Assembly: GCA_038060895.1 (NCBI GenBank) | Contig: JBBTCT010000005.1 | Coordinates: 63,551 to 127,550 of the forward strand | Direction of reading: 5' to 3' | Origin: Planctomycetota bacterium | Lineage (GTDB): Bacteria; Planctomycetota; MHYJ01; WSZJ01 | Length of the DNA: 64,000 nucleotides | Shown here: positions 56,909 through 64,000 of the stretch, one piece after another | Layout of the letters: every line of letters begins with the position of its first letter | Numbering within the stretch: the first letter of the stretch is position 1 | Made by a program: the position numbers and the translations under genes | Notes under the pieces: model-generated | What the model was told of the DNA's origin: nothing | Databases searched by the model: none | What the model saw: the letters and a program-made list of their open reading frames with translations, nothing else

Positions 56909-59545
56909 ATGCTCCGCCTCCCCGGAACCGCTCTCATCATTTTCGCCACGCTCGGCCTTCGGGCTTCTGCTGACCCCGCCAGGGCGGAGCAACTGAGGGA
57001 AGAGGCCCGGCAGTGCGAGCGCGCCGGCGACCCGGACGGCGCGATCCGAAAAATGGGTGAGGCCATTGATGAAGCGCCGGAGGACCCGGACATGCGGATG
57101 TCCCGAGCCTGGTTCCGGTCGCGCGGCGGCGACAAGGCGGGAGCTATCCTGGACGCCGGCGACTGCATCCGGCTGTGGAAGAAGAACCCTGGGTACTCCG
57201 CCGAGCGAGTGGCGCACGACCACCTGGACCGCGCCGCGTTTTTCTGCTTCCAGGATCGTTACGCGGACAGCCTGCCCGACTGTGACGAAGCGATCCGGCT
57301 GGTCCCCGGGAAAAAGTGGCCGCTGTCAGGCCGCGGCGTGGCGCTGATCGGGCTCGGGGACCACGACGCCGGGGTTGCGCTTCTCCAGGAAGCCGCGACC
57401 GAGGAAGCCTCGGCACACGGGCAGCTCGCCCCGGCGGCGTTCCTTCGCTGCGACTGGGCGGCGGTGCTGTCGCACGCCGAAGCCGTGGACGACGACTCCA
57501 CTCGCGACCTGTGGAACTCCATCGCTTGGGCCGAGCAGGGACGCTTCGAGGAAGCCTGGAACGCCGCCCGGGAAGCGCGCCGGCTCCGTCCCGGAAACTC
57601 CCTGGGTTTCCTGGCCCACGCCTGGGTCGAGGGCACTCCCGGGCACGCCCGCACGAACATCGAGAACTCCATCACCATCTGGAAGATGATCCTCACCTAC
57701 CCGGTGTCGTCCCAGTACATCGCCGGTTACGCCAGAACTCTCTTTCTCCTCGGCCGGTACGGCGAGTGCCGGGATGTCCTGACGACGCGCGGAAGCGAAC
57801 GCTCCTTCCACGTCCGCTTCTGGCTCGGCGCGGCGCAATGGAAGCTGGACCAGGCGGCGGAAGCGCGGGAGAACTTTCGGCAGGCGAGGCGCCTGAACCC
57901 GTACGCGAAGGCGTGGGCGGCGAAGGTGCCGGGACTCGCGGAGTTTTTCGCGACGGTCGATGCGGAGGTTGCCTCCGAAGCCGGGGCGAAGGGCGGCACC
58001 CTCGCGATCGCGAAGGAGGGCGCGACGTGGCTCATGTCGGCCGCGGAGGTGGAGACGATCGTGAGGCGCTACCAGTTCGCGCGCGCGGTGACGGAGTACG
58101 GGAAGCTGCTTCCCGCGACGGTCTCCCCGGTCCGCAGGAAAGGGATCGAGACGCGCGTGGCCGAGATCAAGCTCATGGCGGCGGCGCTGGACAAGCTCGT
58201 GGCCGCGGTGAACCGGAAGCCGGGCACGCTCAAGACCCGGGTCGCCGGACAGGAGCTCGCGCTGGTGAAAGCCGATGCGAACTCGTTCGAATTCACGATC
58301 GCCAGGGGAACCGGCAAGTTCCCGTGGGCCTACCTCGAACTGGCCGAGTTCCTGAAATTTGCCGCCGACCAGACCCTCACGCCCGAGGAGCGCTTCGGCA
58401 TCGCCGTCCTCCAGTGGGACCTCGGCGAAACGCGCACCGCGCAGGAGGCCCTCATCGCGCTGCTCAAGGCCTCCCCCTCCCTCAAGGACAAGGTCTCCCG
58501 TGTCGTCGCGCGCAAGCGCGGCCTTCCGGAGCCTGCGACAGGATTCGTTCCGTACAAGGGGCGGTTCGTCACGGGTGAAGAGAAGGAGAACTTCGAGAAG
58601 GGCCTCGTCCGTTACAACGGCGATTGGATCCCCGCCGCCGACCGTGACAGCCTCGCTAAGGGCCTGGTGAAGGCGGGCGACAAGTGGGTCCCCGCCGAGG
58701 AGAAGAAGCTCCTCGACGCCGGCTTCCGCAAGCAGGGCGGCAAATGGGTCACCGGCGAAGAGGACGACGCGCTGACCTCGGACTGGGCGAACGCGATCGT
58801 CCATGAGACGGCCCACTACACGATCCGGAGCAACGCCGGCCGCGCATTCGTCGGCGAACTCGCGCTGGTCGTCGAGCTGGCCTACGGCGAGCTCAAGGCG
58901 TTCTACAACGGCCGCGAGCCGAAGCTCCCCGGCAGCGAGAAGATGACCCTGTACGCCTACCGCACCTACGAGGATTACCGTCGCTACTGCGTCGAAAAGA
59001 AGGCCGAGAGCAGCCTGAACGCCGCCGGATTCGCTGCGAGCGACACCAACATCGTCGTCGGCTGGAACAAGACCGGCGACCAGAAGCTCTTCCTCCAGAC
59101 AATGGTCCACGAAGCGGCCCACCTCTACTTCTACCGCACGTCCACCATGACCCGCTGGCCCTCCTGGTTCATGGAAGGAATGGCCACCTACTTCGAGGGT
59201 TTCCAGGGCAGCACCGGCGCCTGGCGCTTCAGCTACAACAACGATTCCCGCGTCGCGCTCGCGAAACAGGCGCTGGGCGGGACGGGATTCATCCCCCTGA
59301 AGGACCTCCTCGGCGGCGATGCCGGAGCGCTCATCAACAGCGACGCTTCGAAGGCGCTCGTGTTCTATTCCGAATGCTGGGCGCTGAATTACTTCCTGAC
59401 GCGCACCAGCGACAAGGCGCTCGCCAACGCCTACAAGGACTTCAGGGACGCGATGGCGGCCGGGAAGAACGAGGAGTTCACGAAGTACTTTCCCGACCTG
59501 GATGGGCTGGAAAAAGCGTGGAAAGAGTTCGGGGCGGGGATGTAG
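56909..59545 (+). CDS. Exported TPR + DUF1570/peptidase MA-like protein
   Basis: Signal peptide, TPRs, 'GLV.Y.G.W' repeats, HEAAH...WFMEGMA. Confidence 0.8.
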   Translation: MLRLPGTALIIFATLGLRASADPARAEQLREEARQCERAGDPDGAIRKMGEAIDEAPEDPDMRMSRAWFRSRGGDKAGAILDAGDCIRLWKKNPGYSAERVAHDHLDRAAFFCFQDRYADSLPDCDEAIRLVPGKKWPLSGRGVALIGLGDHDAGVALLQEAATEEASAHGQLAPAAFLRCDWAAVLSHAEAVDDDSTRDLWNSIAWAEQGRFEEAWNAAREARRLRPGNSLGFLAHAWVEGTPGHARTNIENSITIWKMILTYPVSSQYIAGYARTLFLLGRYGECRDVLTTRGSERSFHVRFWLGAAQWKLDQAAEARENFRQARRLNPYAKAWAAKVPGLAEFFATVDAEVASEAGAKGGTLAIAKEGATWLMSAAEVETIVRRYQFARAVTEYGKLLPATVSPVRRKGIETRVAEIKLMAAALDKLVAAVNRKPGTLKTRVAGQELALVKADANSFEFTIARGTGKFPWAYLELAEFLKFAADQTLTPEERFGIAVLQWDLGETRTAQEALIALLKASPSLKDKVSRVVARKRGLPEPATGFVPYKGRFVTGEEKENFEKGLVRYNGDWIPAADRDSLAKGLVKAGDKWVPAEEKKLLDAGFRKQGGKWVTGEEDDALTSDWANAIVHETAHYTIRSNAGRAFVGELALVVELAYGELKAFYNGREPKLPGSEKMTLYAYRTYEDYRRYCVEKKAESSLNAAGFAASDTNIVVGWNKTGDQKLFLQTMVHEAAHLYFYRTSTMTRWPSWFMEGMATYFEGFQGSTGAWRFSYNNDSRVALAKQALGGTGFIPLKDLLGGDAGALINSDASKALVFYSECWALNYFLTRTSDKALANAYKDFRDAMAAGKNEEFTKYFPDLDGLEKAWKEFGAGM

Positions 59546-59553
59546 GCCGTGAG

Positions 59554-60255
59554 TTGCTGAAGATCGCGGACTGGTTCGACCGCGCGCGGCTCCACGGGCT
59601 GGCGATCGACGCCATCGAAATGCTGGCGGGAGGGCGCCCGCCGGAAGCGCCGTCGGGTGGCGGGCCGGAGGACAGCCCTCCACCGCACTCGACCGATGCG
59701 TTTGCCGAGGAGCTCGCGAACTACGCCGGCCTCCTCGAGCAAACGGGCCGCGTGGCGGAAGCCGAGGCGAGCTTCGAGCGCGCCATCGTCCTGGATCGCG
59801 ACGCCGGCGACCTTCGTCTCGAGGGGAACGCCCTGCTGGGCCTCGCCGGGCTGCGGCACACGGCCGGCAGGCTCGAAGACGCGGAACGCACCTTCAACCA
59901 GTCCCTCGCGCTCTTCCGCAAAATCGGGGATCGACGCACCGAAGGCGTCACGGTGGGAAACCTGGCGAGCCTGTACGCGGCGACGGATCGGCCGCGGGAG
60001 GCCGAGCAGGCGTTCCGGGAAGCGCTCGACATCCACCGGAGTGTCGGGCACCGGAGATTCGAGGGAGCGCACGCCTGCAACTACGCGGAGCTTCTCGTCC
60101 GGGAGGGCCGGGTCGAGGAAGCGCGCGCGCGCTGGTGCGACGGCGCCGCAATTCTCCGCGACATGGGGCTCACGCGCGATCTGACCGTGAAGACGGAGGC
60201 GATGAAGAAAGCCTGCGAACGTGCCGGGGTCCCGGCGCTGGACGATGGCGTGTGA
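59554..60255 (+). pseudogene. Shortened TPR family copy 7 (lacks first half of the cassette; internal deletion)
   Basis: Begins at DRARLHGLA, jumps from H.TD.FAEELA directly to ~4 TPRs, and retains the ACERAGVPALD end. Start uncertain; may still be functional. Confidence 0.55.
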
Positions 60256-60320
60256 GGCTGAGAACGCGAGAAAAAGCCCCGGTGGAACCTCATGTGGTTG
60301 AGATGCTACATTTTCAGGCC

Positions 60321-61082
60321 ATGAAACCGATTCTCGTTCCTCTGCTGGCATCCCTCGTTTGCGTGACCGTTCACGCCGCCGATCCGATCTTGCTGGAGGC
60401 GCCTGCCGAGACGAAGAAGGCCGACCTGGACGCCTGCGCGGCCATGATGAACAAGCGGATCGCAGCACTGGCCCTGAAGGACCTCAAGGCAACCGTAGTC
60501 CAGAAGGACGGCAAGTCCAGCGTCGAAGTCGCCTCCCCTCGCGACGTCGCTGACGACGCCTTCAAGAAGATCCGCATCCTGGCCCTCTTTGCGGGCAAGG
60601 CCGGCGGCGTACGATTCCCTCACGTCAACACGAAGGAAGAGGAAGCCGAGTGCGAGTGGCCGACGCTCACCACGCCCGGCAAGCCGCCAAAGGGGTTTCA
60701 GTTCTTCCGGATGATGCGCCCCGACTTCGCCGTCTTCGATGAGTTCCGCGTCCGAAACGATCCTCCCTTCGCGACGTGGTCGGACGTCTCGGTGAAGACC
60801 CGCGCGGCGGACAAATGGACCTTCCAGTTTGCGCCCGCGGCGTCAAAGCGCCTCGTGGCCGAAGTCGACAAGAACTTCGATGCCGCTCACTCTTCGTACT
60901 CGGGCTTCTGCTTCACGGTCGACGACAAGGGATTCCCGGACCAGATCGAGGTTCACCTGAAGACGCAGCAAGTCCCGTTGAAGAACGCCGAATTTACGAT
61001 GCCCGCGGAACAGGCGGCGCTGATGGAAGCGATTCTGCGGAATCCGATGCCGCTGAGCCTGAAGCCGCCCGCCGCCAGGTAA
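60321..61082 (+). CDS. Exported protein resembling an isolated SecD P1 domain
   Basis: Signal peptide; 'AMMNKRIAALAL...V...G.SSVEV.SP' and 'F...QAALMEAILR.PMPL.L' resemble SecD periplasmic segments. Confidence 0.45.
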   Translation: MKPILVPLLASLVCVTVHAADPILLEAPAETKKADLDACAAMMNKRIAALALKDLKATVVQKDGKSSVEVASPRDVADDAFKKIRILALFAGKAGGVRFPHVNTKEEEAECEWPTLTTPGKPPKGFQFFRMMRPDFAVFDEFRVRNDPPFATWSDVSVKTRAADKWTFQFAPAASKRLVAEVDKNFDAAHSSYSGFCFTVDDKGFPDQIEVHLKTQQVPLKNAEFTMPAEQAALMEAILRNPMPLSLKPPAAR

Positions 61083-61101
61083 GCATTGCGAGAGCGAACA
61101 G

Positions 61102-62298
61102 TCAGGTCGTTTCCCGCTCCCGCCAGTACCGCACCTTCAGCCGCTCCGACATCGACGGGATCCCAAGTTCCTTCCGTCGCAAACAAACTGCCGGGCCCGT
61201 CCGCCCGATCCGCTTGCCGATCTTCACGTCGGAGTCCGTCCCAAGGAGCTTGTCCATCTCGGGCGTCCAGATGAGCCCCTGCTCAAACGGCGCCAGCGGG
61301 CGCCCGAGCTCCACGCGCTTCCTGTGCACCGTCTGGCGATCCGTGTTCAGCCGCCGGGCCACCTCCGAATCCGTGTACCGGCCCAGCAGCTCCAGCTCCT
61401 CCCCCGTCCAGCGCCGCTGGTTCTTGGGCGGCGGCGAAATTCCCAGCGCGTTGCGGCGAACCGTGACCGAAGCCGGGGAGCATCCGAGAATTTGCGCGAT
61501 CTCCGTGTCCGACTTGTGCCCCATCAGCGCTTCGACCTGCGGCGACCAGTCGATTCGCTTCTGTTCCTCCACCACCGGAATCCCCAGCTTCAGGCGCTTG
61601 AAGCGCACCCCCTCGAGCGAGCAGCCCCACTCCCGCGCCAGCTCCCCGTCGGTCTTCGTCCCCAGGAGACGAATGTGCGCCGGGGTCCATTTCATGCGGA
61701 AGAGCCCCGTCGGCAGGCCCTGGACGACGTGGCGGCGGTCGTTCGCCGACCGGACGCCGATCCGCCACTTCGCCGCGATCTGTTCATCGGTCATGGAAGC
61801 GAAGTCCGCGTCCATCTCCGGTGTCCACTCGACCGCGGGTGCGTGCGGCTTGAAAGGAGGTTTCCCCAGTTGCTTCCGCTTCGTCCGCACCGTCACCTGG
61901 GACAGCCCCAGGGCTTCCGCGACGGCGGCGTCCGGCCTCCTGCCCAGCATCTCGATCGCCTCGGCGGGCCACGGGTATTTCCGCGCGCCGACGCCCCTCG
62001 ACGACATGATTCCCAGCTGGGATCGCTTGATCGACACCGTCGACGTCGTCGTGCCGATCTTTTCTGCCACGACCCGGTCCGGCACCTTCCCCAGCATCCC
62101 CAGCGCCTCGTCCGTCCAGTTCACCGGAGGCACCTGCGCCACGAACGGCTTAATCCCGCGGCGCTTCCGCTCAACCTGCACGGCGCGACCGGAAGTCCCG
62201 ACCTGCTCGGCGATCTCGCCGTCCGGCGCCGTGCCCAGGAGCTGCACGCGCTCGGGAGTCCATTCGAAGCGTTCGAGTTTTCCAGGGGACGCGGCCAT
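61102..62298 (-). CDS. Tandem-repeat HTH-like protein (8 repeats of ~47 aa)
   Basis: Consensus WTxE...LLG..xD.EIA..lG.S...V..kR..LGI repeated 8 times. Confidence 0.75.
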   Translation of the reverse strand: MAASPGKLERFEWTPERVQLLGTAPDGEIAEQVGTSGRAVQVERKRRGIKPFVAQVPPVNWTDEALGMLGKVPDRVVAEKIGTTTSTVSIKRSQLGIMSSRGVGARKYPWPAEAIEMLGRRPDAAVAEALGLSQVTVRTKRKQLGKPPFKPHAPAVEWTPEMDADFASMTDEQIAAKWRIGVRSANDRRHVVQGLPTGLFRMKWTPAHIRLLGTKTDGELAREWGCSLEGVRFKRLKLGIPVVEEQKRIDWSPQVEALMGHKSDTEIAQILGCSPASVTVRRNALGISPPPKNQRRWTGEELELLGRYTDSEVARRLNTDRQTVHRKRVELGRPLAPFEQGLIWTPEMDKLLGTDSDVKIGKRIGRTGPAVCLRRKELGIPSMSERLKVRYWRERETT

Positions 62299-62343
62299 TC
62301 GGAAGGCATCTTAGCGCGGAGCCCGCCGATATCATTGCGCCGC

Positions 62344-63759
62344 ATGAACGCCGAGTCCGCGTACTTGTTCCGCCACGCACTCCTCCGCGACGCCGCATAT
62401 CAGCTCCAGCTCCCTGGCGACCGCGCACGGATGCACGGGCTGGCGCTGGCCGTCCTGGAAGCGCTCTTCGGCGGCCGCCCTCCGGAACCGCCGCCGCTCG
62501 ATGGAGAGACGGCGCAGCCCCTGGGACGGCACGCGACGGACCCTTTTGCGGAAGAGCTCGCGGAGCACGCGCGGATCGCGTCCGGGTCCGTGAAGGACGG
62601 GCGCGAAGAGCTGCGCCGGGCGCGCCGCCTTTATCTCCGCCGCGCCGGCCCGCTCCTCGAGCGCCGTTATCGCTTCGCGGCCGCCGTGTCCTGCTGGCTC
62701 GCCCTGGCGGCGGAGTCGACGGGCGTGGAACACATCGAGTCGCTTCGCCGCGCCGCCGACATCGCCCGGTCGGCAGGAAGGCTGGCCGAGGCCGAGACGC
62801 TGGCGGAGCAGGCTTGCGGAAAGGCGCGGGAAGCGGGCATCCGGAAGCTCGAGGGAATGGCGCTCGGGTCCCTGGCCGTGATTTTCCGCGAGACCGGCCG
62901 CACCGCGCGAGCGCAGGAGGCACAGGAGCAGGCCCTGGCGATCCATCGGGAGGTCGGCAACCGGCGCTACGAGGCGTTCGCACTCGGCAACCTGTCGAAT
63001 GTCCGGCGCAACGCGGGCCTCGTCGAGGAAGCGGTGCGCCTGGGCGAATCGGCGCTGGCGATCGACCGCGAGCTGGGGGAGCACCACGCGGCGGCGGTCG
63101 TCCTCGGCAACCTCGCCAGCCTGCGCCAGCTCCAGGGGCGGTTTGACGACGCCGAGCGACTGATGCGGGAGGCCCTGGCGGTCTTCCGCTCGCGCGGCAA
63201 CCGGGGCCTCGAGGGCCTCACGCTGTCCAACCTCGCGCATCTCTTCCAGGTCTCCGGCCGGCCCGCGGAGGCTGAACGGCTCTACGGCGAGGCACTCGCC
63301 CTGATTCGCGAAGTAGGAGACCGCCGGACGGAAGCGATTTCCCTCGGGACGCTGGGCGTGCTGTACCTCAACGAAGGCCGCATGGAGGACGCGGAGTGGA
63401 CGCTCCGGCGCTCCATCGCCCTTCACATCGACGTCGGCAATCGCCGCGACGAAGGCGTCGTGACCGGCAGCCTCGCCTGCCTCTATCGCGAAACGGGCCG
63501 CTGGGAAATGGGGGAAGCGTCCTTCGCCGCGGCGCTCGACCTCCACCGCCAGACCGGGCACCGCCGTTTCGAGGGCGGCCACCTGTGCGACCTCGCGCTT
63601 CTCCGCCTCGCGCAGGGCCGGGTGGACGACGCGCGCGAGACCTGGCGCGCGGGCGCAGCGATTCTCCGCGGCATCGGAGACCTCCCGGCCGTTGAGGCGA
63701 TGAAGCGCGAAATGGCGGGAGCGTGCGCGAAGGCAGGGGTGGCGGCGTTTGACGAGTAG
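62344..63759 (+). CDS. TPR protein, family copy 8
   Basis: MNAESAYLFRHALLRDAAYQLQLPGDRARMH + TPRs; ends ACAKAGVAAFDE. Confidence 0.85.
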   Translation: MNAESAYLFRHALLRDAAYQLQLPGDRARMHGLALAVLEALFGGRPPEPPPLDGETAQPLGRHATDPFAEELAEHARIASGSVKDGREELRRARRLYLRRAGPLLERRYRFAAAVSCWLALAAESTGVEHIESLRRAADIARSAGRLAEAETLAEQACGKAREAGIRKLEGMALGSLAVIFRETGRTARAQEAQEQALAIHREVGNRRYEAFALGNLSNVRRNAGLVEEAVRLGESALAIDRELGEHHAAAVVLGNLASLRQLQGRFDDAERLMREALAVFRSRGNRGLEGLTLSNLAHLFQVSGRPAEAERLYGEALALIREVGDRRTEAISLGTLGVLYLNEGRMEDAEWTLRRSIALHIDVGNRRDEGVVTGSLACLYRETGRWEMGEASFAAALDLHRQTGHRRFEGGHLCDLALLRLAQGRVDDARETWRAGAAILRGIGDLPAVEAMKREMAGACAKAGVAAFDE

Positions 63760-63880
63760 CGGCGGCGAGCTTGTCGAGCGTAGCGGGAAGCCTGTTCGAA
63801 AGCGGGGCTGGCGGAGTCCGGCGACTCACTCGACGCGTCGGCGGCTTTCCCGGAAGAACGACCAGGACTAACCACAGAGT

Positions 63881-63996
63881 GCGCGCGAAGAAATCGATCG
63901 ACGGCGCGTGATCGGGCCTCGCGCCCCGCCGTCGGGCATTTACGACGGCGGGTTGCGAGGCCCGATTGCGCGTTGGCGATCGATTTCTTCGCGCGC
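63881..63996 (+). repeat. ~116-nt near-perfect hairpin
   Basis: gcgcgcgaagaaatcgatcg...cccgccgtcg-ggcattta-cgacggcggg...cgatcgatttcttcgcgcgc. Confidence 0.85.
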
Positions 63997-64000
63997 TCTC

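Noticed and set aside
61324-62343. 340-aa N-terminal extension of the 811-aa ORF
   Set aside because: Antisense to the tandem HTH gene; the family start MNAESAY is at 62344.
46345-63759. Diversity-generating retroelement or CRISPR explanation for the repeated ~90-bp segments
   Set aside because: No reverse transcriptase or cas genes, no regular repeat-spacer period; the repeats are coding 5' ends of paralogs.

Overview
GC-rich bacterial chromosomal window; the gene repertoire (DUF1570-like proteins, Zn-finger Ser/Thr kinases, ECF/anti-sigma pair, many TPR proteins) suggests Planctomycetota, which is an inference. I found no rRNA, tRNA, CRISPR array or transposase. Main finding: a co-directional cluster (~17.5-25.1 kb) resembling an archaeal/eukaryotic-type ESCRT module. 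It holds a Vps4/CdvC-like AAA+ ATPase with an N-terminal MIT-like domain, four ESCRT-III/Snf7-like helical proteins, a ~4-TM membrane protein, an SPFH-like/beta-propeller protein and a Zn-finger protein with a possible winged helix. Other highlights: (i) two probable selenoproteins split by the ORF caller at in-frame UGA codons (UxxC thioredoxin; CU motif resembling eukaryotic Selenoprotein N), each with a hairpin starting 17 nt after the UGA; (ii) eight paralogous TPR genes starting with the same 'YLFRHALLRDAAYQLQLPGDRARLH' cassette, matching the C-terminal part of a nearby cyclase-ATPase-TPR gene; (iii) an 8-repeat tandem HTH protein; (iv) an IspH-UbiA-like fusion; (v) a pseudokinase; (vi) DUF1570-like paralogs with degenerating HExxH motifs; (vii) many probable leaderless promoters; (viii) long palindromes. 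All family assignments come from reading motifs by eye; no database searches were run.
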